Of a DNA stretch of 64,000 nucleotides, positions 12,152 to 24,599 are shown one piece after another. Every line of letters begins with the position of its first letter. Position 1 is the first letter of the stretch. Below the pieces are notes generated by a model that was given only the letters and a program-made list of their open reading frames with translations, made no database searches and had not been told where the DNA came from. The position numbers and the translations under genes were made by a program. Source of the stretch: Phoronis australis (taxonomy: Eukaryota > Animalia > Phoronida); assembly GCA_002633005.1 (NCBI GenBank), contig NMRA01000060.1, positions 728,851-792,850 of the forward strand, read 5' to 3'.

Positions 12152-12462
12152 GTGTAAAGTACGGGTCCCGATTGTCCTGAATTTTTCTTCATGCATACTC
12201 ACATATGTCGTTGGGTTTTAGCTAACAGGTAACATATAGCAGATTTACCCAATCTTGCTGTGTCGCAGCTTCTTTTAACTTAGATTATGCATATTAATAA
12301 ACTTTCAGACATGTACTATTGCCTTTGTTATTGGCGGAGAGACACCATTAGAATGTCATTTGACGAGTGCGCCACCTGTGGATGACAACTACGTCGTGTA
12401 TTATGTATGAGAAAATGCCAAAGCCAGTGACTGTTATTACTCTCGGGACCCGTATTTTACAC
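12152..12462. mobile_element. MITE with about 20-bp TIRs
   Basis: GTGTAAAGTACGGGTCCCGA ... TCGGGACCCGTATTTTACAC. Confidence 0.65.
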
Positions 12463-13049
12463 TGTTACTAAAGCAGGTGTCATTTGTTGGTTTTCACGTT
12501 CGCTCCTACATGATTTTTTGCGCTTCGGATTAAAAACGATTCTTGACCTATCCTTTGACCCAGAAAGATTAGCCTCAAACCGCAGACGGGGAGGCAGGGG
12601 GCACCCGANCCACGCGTGTTTCTCCCGAGAGGTTAGTACCTAACGTGCAGACGAGCGTTCCAAATTGGAACGCTAAGTCCCGCGTGGCAGCGCTGCACGC
12701 GAAACAAGATGGCGGACGACCTTTGGAGACTGACGACGAGAGGTAATCGGACTATACTATTGCCTTTGTTATTGGCGGAGAGACACCATTAGAATGTCAT
12801 TTTACGAGTGCGCCACCTGTGGATGACAACTACGTCGTGTATTATGTATGAGAAAATGCCAAAGCCAGTGACTGTTATTACTCTCGGGACCCGTATTTTA
12901 CACTGTTACTAAAGCAGGTGTCATTTGTTGGTTTTCACGTTCGCTCCTACATGATTTTTTGCGCTTCGGATTAAAAACGATTCTTGACCTATCCTTTGAC
13001 CCAGAAAGATTAGCCTCAAACCGCAGACGGGGAGGCAGGGGGCACCCGA
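12314..13049. repeat. 295-bp near-identical direct duplication (12314-12608 / 12755-13049) across a single-N join
   Basis: Copies are nearly identical by eye; N at 12609. Probably uncollapsed haplotype overlap. Confidence 0.9.
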
Positions 13050-13139
13050 ACAGAGACTAGACGGCTAGTGATGGTAGCTTAGCGACGAAGGCTGGCACAG
13101 ATTGGTCTCATCGCGACGCAACAGTATTTACCTATAGGC

Positions 13140-13450
13140 CTACCTTGAAATAAAATCTCAAAATGAAGCGTTCGCCTTGTAATGAATCAATTCCAAGAAT
13201 ACTTTGTGTTATCGGCAGTGAACAGTGAATGTACACTTGCCAATTGCCCCTCTCTAAGATGAAATGTCACGCCGTTTTACCGCAATCCCGCCGCAACAAA
13301 ATGTCACGTTTCTTGGCGTACGGCAAAATTGACATATTGGTCACATATACTGCACCGCTGAGTGTGATTTCCCAAGCGACGAACATAGTCCTATTTTCCC
13401 ATTCGACTCAAACAGGTTTTTGCGGCCTCCACAATTTCCCATTCAAGAAA
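13140..13450 (+). repeat. Diverged repeat; inverted partner of ~18640-18950
   Basis: Colinear shared blocks in reverse complement (ccttgtaa, tttgtgtta, acttgccaattg, aaattgacat, atttccca.gcgacg, cctattttcc..ttcgact). Confidence 0.7.
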
Positions 13451-14203
13451 CCAAAAATACCGTCGAGTGTTTTTTGGTCTCCCGTTAGACAAAAAGACGC
13501 TGCTGTGACGTTCTTTAGTGTTGCGGCGAACACTTCAATCTTGCGTTTTGACAATTGATCCACTTTTTATCTTGATGGCTTGCAGTTTGCTTTTAATTCT
13601 CGAATGTTAACAAGTAACAGGTGCTCAAAGTAACATTGCCTCTTTGTTATGAATATTTTTACTTGTTCCAGTGCCCGCACTTTCTTTAGTAACATAACGA
13701 ATCGCAACAATGCGTTCCATTGTACGTCTCTTGTCACCTGACTGTACGGTGACACAGTACATGTTCCAGTATCACTAATCTTTATTTTCTGAAGAAATGA
13801 GTTATTTCTAAACTTCTATGTAACTCTGTTAAGCCCTATACTGTAACTAATGTAGTGGGTATAATTAAATTAGTGGATGTTTGCTCATTTTCATCTACCA
13901 GAAAACCATTATCTGCAAATTTTGGATAGTTACTTGAAGTAATAATGTTTATCACATTTTTGTAAATGGATGAATCCTGAACTCTTACTGAAAAATAAAA
14001 AATATCTAACGGTACTAAAGGTCCGATTGATATAAAAAGATGCATCATTTAGGATGAATGTCTGACTAAATTCTTTACTGCAATTGTTTGGAATCCAGTT
14101 CAATGTCAGGAGTAGACTGACACCGATTTTAGTTTGATTATTACTCTGCGCGTGCAAGCGCAGAGTTTTGCTGTTCTACGTATTTTACCTTTTTTCATTT
14201 TGC

Positions 14204-14772
14204 TGTTATAAGTTTACTAACATTTGACTAGCATAACCCCGTCAGGTCAAGCTATAGTGATGACGTAAGTTTCTTAGTATAGAAATACGCAGATAACTTT
14301 CCAGTGATTAATATGACAACATTGTCTGAAATATTCTAGAGCCTAGTATATGAGTGTAGAATGATTGGGTAGGTTACAGAAAGTTCTAAAATCTGTTTGA
14401 ACTGAAAGCGTCAGAACAATTGCAAGAGACTATAGATACTCAGGTTTGTGTAGCCTTGAGTCGAGTTGAGTTAGGTTAAAGTTAAGGACACAGAGTGGCA
14501 GTTAGAGAACCAGCAGCTACAACGTTAGTGAATAGAGAGGCAGGTATAGAGTCACCACGTTATTGAATCAACAAATGGAACACTTGCTGGAAGTGATTCC
14601 TCGAAGTCTTAACGAGTAAAGGCTTCGCAGCACTGGCTGGAGCAAAGAAGAGACATTACGTCGGACGTTTTGTTTGAGTGGAATTGTGGACGTACGTAAT
14701 AAAGTGATTAACTCGAACCGGTCTTCAGTCCATCATCAAAGCTTTTTGCACCGGTCAGTACGTACAGTAACA
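14204..14772 (+). mobile_element. Possible solo LTR (569 bp)
   Basis: TGTTA...TAACA termini and AATAAA at 14698-14703. Flanks do not form a TSD (tttgc/acctg), so the call is tentative. Confidence 0.4.
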
Positions 14773-16185
14773 ACCTGTACATGTACCTAACCGCATTCAC
14801 TGATTTAAACGTGGCGGTCTTAAATCTTTTTAATGTTTTGAATCAGTGAAACTATTTGCCTACTGGTTTAATCTTTTATATAACCATGTGGTTTATTTCT
14901 TGTTTGTTTTTGTTACTTTTAGACGCTAATTTATTTCATGTCTCTTAGTTAAATAATCACCATTTTTCGTCATTTATTTATTGTCTTCATTCTCAACCTG
15001 TTTTAATTGTATCTTTGTTACGTATATTTAAGAGTGACTCCATATAAAAACCAACAGGTAGAGTCTATACCCAAAATCACCGATTTTTTTGAAACTTAGC
15101 ACATGAGTTTGGTTTGTTGAGAAGTAGAAAAACCTCACTTTTTAAGAATTTTCATTCATTATTTTTCTTTTTATGACCTGTACCTCCATTTTGCAACAAA
15201 ATTGGGCGTCGAAGTAGGCATGTTTGAATGCATTTTACTAGCATGTATGATACGGTCAAAACAAATGAATAAAACNTCATTTTAAAAATCAAAATAAATA
15301 AATAAAATAAAATAAAATATACATTTTAACTAGGTGACTAATTACCCAATCAAGCGGCCAATTAGTATATGAGGGGTTTCATTATTTCACTCTGTTATTT
15401 GTCGAATAAGGTAACACTCTTGGTGTTTAGAATTAAAAAAAATACCTTTCAAGCCTATTAGGCATATAACATGGGGTTCATATAAGAAGAAAATATCTTT
15501 TGCTTCTGGTATAATTATACACCATCAAGAGCTGATTAATCGCTTTCTAGTGATATTACTCTTATGCCATTCGGTTGAAAAACGGCGGAGTAGCGAAAAG
15601 TTGTACTCACTGTATAGAAGGTGAAGCTTTCCCCATTGGTCTAGTTTCAAAGTATATATTTGTTATCGTTTGTCCTAGGTATATGATATTTGTATCGTAT
15701 TAGAACTCGGGTGGTGCTTGATTGCGTGGGTATATTTCAAGGAACTTGTAAGCTTTCGAAAATATTGCAATTACGTCTAGATGACTTTACATTATCGCCT
15801 ACTAGTCAGGCAGCTGTAGTAGGCTAATAACGGACCCGAAACGGAAGCAGATGATGCTTCGTTTGACAATGTTTGGGGCATTAGACCGCAAAGTAGTCTA
15901 AAAATGTAGATGGAATTTGTTTGGAAGAGGTTTTCGGCTCTCAGTTCTAAACTTACTTCGTTTGTACTGAACAAACAATTCACCCTATGCCCGCTGTTCC
16001 ATAGCAAGAAGCAACACCTAAAAAACTACAAAAAGTTCCACGCATGAGCGGCGCAACCTCAGCCGTGCGAGATCAAAGTTGGCATTCTATGTCTAGACTT
16101 CTATGATCACAATAATGCTCTTTCACTTCCAGGTAGATGTCCGCTGAGTACTGAACGACAACGGTTGGTTGGAGTCGCTAAAACC

Positions 16186-16344
16186 CAGTGGCGGATTTAG
16201 AGGGGGGCCAAGGGGGCCATGCCCCCCCTAAAATTCTCCCAGATTCCATTTGGCAGTAAGGGGGTGCGAATGTCTGACAGCCGAAATCCTGCCTAATACT
16301 CTGCCCTGCCCCCCCCCCAACTCAAAATCCTGGATCCGCCCCTG
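16186..16344. mobile_element. Short GGCGGAT-TIR MITE related to 30093-31216
   Basis: CAGTGGCGGATTTAG ... CTGGATCCGCCCCTG with G/C-run subtermini; 5-bp flanks aaacc/caacc. Confidence 0.75.
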
Positions 16345-16734
16345 CAACCAACCGGTTTGGTATCTTTTTAAACTAAAATGTACCAAGATGGTGAAAAGCG
16401 AAAGCCAGTCCAGCGTTCTGGTGTAATCAAATAATGAACTCACTCACATTCGCCACCAATATTTCGTTTATAGACCCGAAGACTGTAATAATGATACAAT
16501 AATAATGATACTTTATTCCAGGCATGTCGTGCCCGCACTTCCGTGATTATAACTATAAACTATTACAACTACAATCACAACTACACTTAACTTAAACGAA
16601 CCACAGATAAAACTGGATAAGAGTACTAGTACAATGTCGACAATCATAACAATGTGAACAAGAACGTACGAAAAACAATGAAGGGCCATGGACGACACAA
16701 TTCTACTCTCAACGCACAGAGTGGTACTAATGAA

Positions 16735-16814
16735 ACTGACAGTACCATGGCAACTGACAGTACCATGGCAACTAACAGTACCATGGCAACTGACAGTACC
16801 ATGGCAACTGACAG
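16735..16814. repeat. 18-bp tandem repeat (ACTGACAGTACCATGGCA) x4.4
   Basis: Directly visible; reads (TDSTMA)n in one frame. Confidence 0.95.
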
Positions 16815-18639
16815 CTCCATTGAAGAGGAGGCCAATCAGAGGAAGCGGTTAAACTAAGGAAGATTGTGCTAGCAAAAACTGGACAAGCTAGTGTTTTTCA
16901 GCTGAAGTCGGCAGCTGAGAGTTCCCAGTCAAATCATTACTAAACTTGACAAGAAGCCTAGGTTTATCGACAGCGACCAAGAGAAGACTTCTACGAGAGG
17001 AAAATGAAGCAGCCCGGCGAGTGTCTGATCAACTCTGCCGATTCACCACCGGAGAGAGTTCGGGACAAGGATCGAAACTCCCACTAAAGGCGTCGTCCCG
17101 CAGAAGATGGTAGCAGAAAGGCATCTAACTAATCGATGTTTAGAGTAAGAAAGTAGTAACCTCATTAGAGCAGTAAAGGGGGTCACCTGAAGAAAGAGCA
17201 ATAAGAGAGGGATTGACTGAACTACACAAAAAATCGGTACCAGAGCTTGCGTAGTACACCATTACAGCACTGAAAGTCCTAAGCCAAACAAAGAAGACTG
17301 GCACTTGATGAATTTGGAAAAGCAAATGTTCAAACGCATTGTGGCAAGAAACATAAAATTTGCTGCAAGTAGAAGACTTTAAGCTCGCCGCTGACGAGGG
17401 AAATCAGCATCATCTGTTAAGTCAAGTGAAACAGAGAAAGAGTTTAGTTCTTTACTTGTTTAATAGCGTTAATTTGAAGATTGGAGGCAGGTAAATTAGG
17501 ACCAGGACGTAATTTGAACATCATTGTTGCACTCTTGGTAGCACTATATTTAATGTCATGGGAGACACGATACATATATGCTTCACAAGAATAGTCAAGG
17601 TGCAAGTAAAACTAAGTCATCAGTTTTAGATGGCGTGTTGGTTTTTGAAGAAAGTCTTTGCTTGTATGATGCTAACTAAATCTGATTTTAAGACAGCAAA
17701 TTTACTAAGCGCTTGCCATCCTTTGAGAGAAAAACTACAACACCTCTTCAATTGATGTTTACAGTTACTCGTAGGTTGGTAGAGGGAGAGAATTTTGAGG
17801 CCAACTCCAGGTACGTCCGTCGGCGGCGCTGCAAACCAGTTTTCAGAAACGATGCAGACTAGAGCACAGTAAGTAAGCATATTAGAGACACTGTTCATTT
17901 GTCACTGGTTTTGCCTAGCTGTGCATTCGCCACAGGACTTATCTTTCTTCCACTCTTTTGAAAACTCCATGAAAAAATCGAGTCATTTCACATCAAAACC
18001 GCTACACATGACCACAGAAACGTTATTTTGTATATGTATAATTGGCATTTTTCCGTCCATCAAGACAGGAGCCGAAAAAAGTGGCAAAAACGACAAGTTC
18101 CAGCGCAAAATCACAACATCTCTGCCAATGATGGACATAATCCAACACTACAGGTACTGCGATCCAACTATGTTCTTACAGTTATGGATTGTGAGGGCTA
18201 TCTGAAATGGCAGTAGATTTTTCAATCGCTACGCAGAAATGCGACAATGCTATAGGGGCCGCTATCTTGAAGAAAATTGTGTCTACAGCCAAAGCAGTGG
18301 CCTTTTCTCATTCCCAACACGATCACAAATACAAGTAAAGCGGATTCACTGAACCTACTAGTAATGCCTGCCTTACACTGACGTCAAACCCGGCTTATTT
18401 AATTTCTAGGGTTGTAGGCGGCCTTAGTCTAACCCGTACAGTGGCACAACTGCAACATCACTACCCGATTTTCGTTTAAATGAAGATTAAAATTGTTATA
18501 AGGTTTCCACATATCAACTAATGTTAGGTAACAGGAGCGTTAAAGCGTAAAAGTGAAATGTTCACCGCAACATACAAAAATCGTCCAGATAGAGTTTTTT
18601 GAACAACCAAAAGCGTCCGACGGCGTTTTTTTTTCTGTC

Positions 18640-18950
18640 GAATGAGAAATTGCAGTTGCGGCAAAAACTAATGAATCGTCCAGTTTTTTCTTTATAGTCG
18701 AACAGGAAAATAGGGTTACGTCGCGTGGGAAATTACAATAGTATACATGTATGCTAACATGTCAATTTCGCCCTGTGTCAAAAAACGGGACGTTGTGATG
18801 GTGTAGCGAGACGGCGTAGAAAAATCAAAAATGGGACAATACGCCAAGAGCGAAACAATTGGCAAGTACAATGTATACAGTCAGTAACACAAAATATTGA
18901 ATTGGATTCTTTTACAAGGTAAACTTTCATTTTTTATTTTACTTCACGGG
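18640..18950 (-). repeat. Diverged repeat; inverted partner of ~13140-13450
   Basis: Its reverse complement aligns by eye with 13140-13450. Confidence 0.7.
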
Positions 18951-19384
18951 CACGGGTAAATAATACAGATAACAATGTCAGAAATCGAACTAACAAAGAA
19001 GAAGCTGAGCAACAGATAAAAATTGCGCAAATGAATAATTATCGAAACAAATGAAAACCGTAATAAATATATGCACATACAAATACATACTCATATATGC
19101 AAATAAATACACGAGTATGTTATCGAAAGTTACAAAGAAACACCTGTTAGTAAGGTTTAAACTTTTCAATTATAATTGCAGAACAAACGCTCTAAGACTT
19201 GAACTTAAAAGGTATCGACGACCACACCATTCCCGGCCTCCAGGGCCACGGGTTGGTGCGTATAAAGAATAACCAGCGTAATTGTCAGGAAATTCACAGT
19301 GCAAACTCTCGCAGCTAAGTCTCGGGGTCGATAGTTCTATACATAGGAGTTCTACTTTAGGTTTTGTAAATAAGTGCAAATGCT

Positions 19385-20400
19385 ACACAAATAAGTACCC
19401 AACTACTTGAATATCACAAACAACGCATAAAACTGCAGATACGTACTCAACTATTACGAATAACTACAAACGAGTACCCAACTACTTGGGTTTTCAGAAT
19501 AACTGCAAATGAGTGTCCACCTACTTGGGTATTACGAAAAACTACAAATGAATACCCAAGTATCAGTTTTTTTTAATAACTACAAAGACGATATAAATAA
19601 GTACCCGACTACTTGGGTATTACAAATAACACCAAAGACGGTACAAATACGTTTCAACTACTTGGATAATACAAATGATTGCAAGTAACTACCCAACTAC
19701 TTAGGTATTTCAAATAACTGCAAATACGATTCAAATAAATACCCAACTACTGAAGTATTTCAAATAACTGTAAATACGATACAAATAACTCCCAACTACT
19801 GGTGTATTTCAAATAACTAAAAATAATTTCTTAATTACTTAGGTATTTCAAATAACTGCAAAGACGATACAAATAAGTACCCAACTCTTTGGGCATTACA
19901 ACTAACTACCAATGAGTACCCCACTACTTGGGTATTACACGTAACTACAAATTAGTAACCAACTACTTAGATATTACAAATAACACCAAATACAATACAA
20001 TACAAGTAAGTATCCAACAGCTCGAGTGTTACAAATGACAACAAATAAGTACCCAACTACTTTAGTGGGTATTACAAATAAGTACCAAACTTCTTGGGTA
20101 ATACAAACAACGGCAAGTTCGATAAAATAAGTATCCAATTACTTAGGTGTTAAAAATAAATACCCAACTACTTGAGTATTACAAATAATTGCAAAGTAAG
20201 TACCCAACTGCTTGGGTATTACACAAAAACTGCGAATAAACTACTTGGATATTACTAATAGCTAAAACTAAGTACCCAGCTACTAGGGTATCAACAATTT
20301 ACGACTCAATTTCTAGGGTATTACAAAAATTACAATAACCATCCAACTACTTTGGAACAAAGAACATCTAGTTTTTGTGATACTCATGAACTTGGGTAAT
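19385..20400. repeat. Degenerate satellite of about 25 units (mostly ~30-55 bp) with hairpin core TACCCAA-CTAC-TTGGGTA
   Basis: The core recurs about 25 times. Linkers are mutually related (acaaataactgcaa with or without acgatacaaat). Confidence 0.9.
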
Positions 20401-22226
20401 ATTTTCAAATAATTTTAAATAAGTGCCTAATTAATTTCAATAAGTATATTTTATAGTAACACGTATCCGGCAAGAAAAAAAGCAGAATTGTTCATTGTTA
20501 TAACGTAAATGCGATAATCTCTCACAGCCAGTTGCTTTGAGTTTTTTGTCCAAATGGTCACCCGCTCCTCTGTGATGGTGCTGGAGTGTGGGGGCTTCAA
20601 AGAGTACTGATGTTAAGAGAATGTTCATATTAAACATTTTGTGTTTATAGAAGTTGTAGTGCGCTTGAAAGATATTTAATATCTTTTAGGTGTTTTAAAG
20701 TTAACACATATGTGCTAAAATTGTTAAGGTGACCGTCCTGACGTAATCCCGAAATGGTCTACAATACGCTTGAAAATTTATGTGAGTCGAGAAGCAATAC
20801 ATGGTCAGAACTTCAGGCATTGGGAAGAATGAAGTGTACTATTTGCGAGAGTGGAATACAGACGAGCAAAACCACTTAAAATTATATACACATTCGTTTT
20901 TCAAAACGAAACTTAATCTTGGAATTTGATATGTTTCATTCAACCTACACCTTTCTTCTCTTTATTTATTGTTGTACTTCCATAATGACGTCAATTCCGT
21001 ATTGAGTAATGAACAGACTGAATCTTATGCGCAGAAAATCGAACTAAGTTCGTTTACCATGCTTCATTACGCAGTCAAAAACTTAATTAATTAAGAGTCA
21101 ACAGCTGTTAAAAGTAATATATTTCGAAAGATATCGACTAGACTTTCAAAAAGTAACAATTATGCCATTCAGGATTGTCAAACATTCGTTTTAAAGTCAT
21201 ATGATCCGTTTGTAGACGTTTTAAAAACATCGTGAATCTGCATAAAAACCATTGAAACATACTCTCTGACACTTAATTAGAACTTTTCGTAAGTATGGGG
21301 TCGATCTGCTGCCTGTACATATTTTTTCTTTTCTTTTTTATTTTCTTAAANTCAAATTATCACAGTTAAAGTCTGAATACCATTTCAAATGTCGAATCAT
21401 TACTTTTGCCGAACACTGCGGCATGTGCAACTGAAAGCGAATTCGGAGTGATAGATTTAATACAGCAAACTTCAGTAATAACATGAACTTTTTGTGCTCA
21501 AACAACCCCGCAATATCAACGCACTGACAACGTAAATGTTTACCAAGTGCCGTTTTCGCCACTTACTGATTAGTTTCAGAGAAATCTCCTTATTACCCAT
21601 TTGTATCTAGCACAATGTAAAAATCGCCTTGTTTACTCTACCAAGGTTCTCTGCCACGCTATTGCACGTACGCATGCCTCATTGCGCATGCCCAACTCGA
21701 AACCGTGGACTTGAGTATTTGGGCACGCACATGCGTATCTGTGTTTCGCATTGTACATAAGTTGTGTATGTAGAGTGAGCCGATAACCTCGAGCAGGAAT
21801 TAGAGACTCATAATTGCAATTCATAGCCGCAGTATACTGTACGTCCGTAGGTACTCTTGGACAAAACTCATAAGAACAAATTTTTATGAGCCTGTAGCAA
21901 ACAGGCGGGCTCGGCATGAATCTTGGAAGTATTTCACACCCAGAATGCGCATTTCCAGTGCGGTTCCAGAAAAAAGGTGAAGTTGGGTAATCTGTAGTGT
22001 TTCAGCTAAAAGAGAACAACTCGACAATACTAAGAAGGATTAGTACTTCAATAAGGCTCGTTCTGTGTCTTGTTGTGAGTTTGAGGTCGAACATGGACTC
22101 TCCAGTCACGTTTCCGGAAATACTTTTAAGTAGGAAGACAACGCCGCTCCCTATACTGTCTCAGGCTATAAAAACATGATTTATGTAACGTAAAATCTTT
22201 CTTCAGTCCTCTTCGACACTGGAGCA

Positions 22227-23464
22227 TTAAAGTTTAGAACTTTCAGTTATAGTTTGATGGGCATTGTATTCATAAATTGTGGTCTCTATTGACGAGACTG
22301 AACTTAAACGACCAGTGAGTCTCTGAGGATCGCTGGACGAAGTAGAGGACGACGAATCCAGTTTCTCCCGTCTCTTGATAAATAGATTTGTGTCATTAGT
22401 AATGGACGACGTTACTTTAGGTCCGCACAACAATTTCTTGACGCTGTTCCGGAATTTTTTCCCGAATAATACGTAGACATAAAAGTTGAAGGCAGAATTG
22501 AAAATTACCAAAGTGTTACACGTCACCTCGTAATAACTAATGTCTGGCCAGTGAACATCCGGGACTGTGTAGTAAAGGTGATCGGCTGCTTGCGGTATCT
22601 GGCATATCATAAATACTACAATGATAACTATAAGCATTGATGTGATTCTGTTGTTTCTTGCACCTTCACTCTTCTCTGTTGCAGTAGTGAACAAGGCGCC
22701 CCCTGTGTTTCTTCTCCTGCGTAAAGCTGCGATCAAAAGTATGTTGAAAATAAACAAGCAAACGACAGGTAATAAATATGCGAACGTCAGATACACCAGA
22801 AATATGGCCAGTTTGAAGGAGAGTCTATCACCGAACTTTGTGGTGGTTTTCATTGGCACCCACGAGTTGGCGCAAGTGTCAAACGAATACGTGATCTCCA
22901 CTGCAAAGAACCTTGGAATGTGCATAGCAGCAGCACAGATCGTTACTACCTGTACTTGTATTATCGCGTTTTTAACTGTGCACCATCTTCGAGAGTGCAG
23001 AGGATGGCAGATAGCCAGGTATCTGTCCAGAGTGGCTAGAATGACAAACCAGGCTGACATAGTCTGAAACATGCAGCTAAAAGGGTACTCATACACTTGT
23101 ATGTAAGGCCAGACGATCTCGTAGTAAGCACGAAATACGCCTGTACCAGAGTAGATAGAACGCAAGACTTGGAAGAGAATACCGTGCACCATAAGATAGA
23201 GCAAGTCCGAAACCGCCAACGCCAACAAGATGATCGTGGTAGTGGTCCTGGGACGAAACTTCGAAAAAGTTATGATGGACAACAGGTTACCAAAAATTCC
23301 CACCAGACAAATAATGCCGACAATAACAGTGTCAAATGCAAATTCATACAACATGATGCCTTTCCCGAAGTTAGCCAAAGGACACGCAGTAGTCAATACA
23401 ACAGAACCGTTCATGGACCCGTGCATTTCCTCTCCAATGGCCTTTGCAGTTGTGTTGTTCAAGT
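22227..23464 (-). CDS. Class A peptide GPCR, FMRFamide/sex-peptide/myosuppressin-receptor-like; main coding exon
   Basis: Seven hydrophobic segments; GN (TM1), LAVSD (TM2), LDRYLAICHPL, CQIP (TM6), NSAFNFYVY (NFxxY variant), helix-8 KKFR. Acceptor tttcttgcag| at 23466/23465; the ORF-track start is a TTG. Confidence 0.93.
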
Positions 23465-24599
23465 CTGCAAGAAATAATATTACAAATGTTGATACATGTA
23501 CCTTCCTCCCTTTTAATTAGCGCGCATGCGTTACTACTGTGTTGTATGGAGCGTAGGGCTAAACCTAACTGCGCTTGACAATGTACAATGTGCATGTGTC
23601 ATTTTGTTTTTTCTTTAAAAGTTGAGTGGAGTCGATCAATTCATTCTTTGAGGCACTATATCACGTTTTACCCCGTGGATTTCAATCAAGTGCTACATGT
23701 ACATGTATCTGCTCGTAAACAAATAGAGCAGCAAAATAAAACTTCTAGAACTAAAACCAGTGTCAGGCTACTCCTGACACACTGAATAAATGGACCAACG
23801 ACAAAGTGAGACTCCTTGACCAACAATTTCCGTCATGTTTGATAATACTGTTATTCTTAAATTTAAATTCAATTACGAAGTAGATACATTTCACAGGTTG
23901 TTTATGCAAGAATGGTTGTGGATCTCATCTTTCGCTTCTAGAGAGGCATGCCTACAAGCACGGTCCACGTTTGTTTAAGTCTTTGATGAAAATTTGTAGC
24001 TTGACATATGACAACAAACGTGTCTGGCATTTTTCATTCATAAAGATGAAATTAGAATTCCCAATCCAATGAAAGGCGAGAGCTCAGATTTGTAAGTTTC
24101 GATAAAGTGTAGTGCTCGGCTGTGGCTAGCTATTGTTTTCAACGATAGAATCTACATGTATCATTGCGGGAACCATATATAGGGGAATTGTATTAGAAAT
24201 CTGAAATTTCAGGTCCTCGTTCTTTATTCCATTTCCTGAATTTTGCAGAAATGTGATTAGTTACTTCCATCCGAGTAGTATTCAGCATGTCCTATTTGCA
24301 GAATATGATCGCCTGTCCAATTGGTCGTATTGAACGTTTCTAATAGTAAGTGTGGATATAAGATTGCCTTTAACTGACCTCTGCTCTGCTTTTAATGGAA
24401 TTTTAAAAAAGACAAGCCTGTTTTTTGGTACTGATGCGTAGTCATCGCCACAGAATGACCGTATTGTGCCTACATGTATTGTAAATACAACATGTACATG
24501 TAAATGTTTACTAAACTTGAATAGTCCTTCAATGTATTTTGCAGTGTCCTACAACACCATGTGCGTGTCACCAGCTGACTTGGGTACAGTTAAGGAGCT

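Noticed and set aside
12314-13049. Direct repeats as the LTRs of a miniature retroelement (also 61418-62132)
   Set aside because: No TG...CA ends, PBS, PPT or TSD, and each pair is split exactly at a single-N join.
19385-20400. CRISPR array
   Set aside because: Repeats are degenerate, spacers are homologous to one another, there are no cas genes, and the context is eukaryotic.
22621-23520. Plus-strand ORFs overlapping the GPCR
   Set aside because: Antisense shadows of the coding exon with no recognisable domains.
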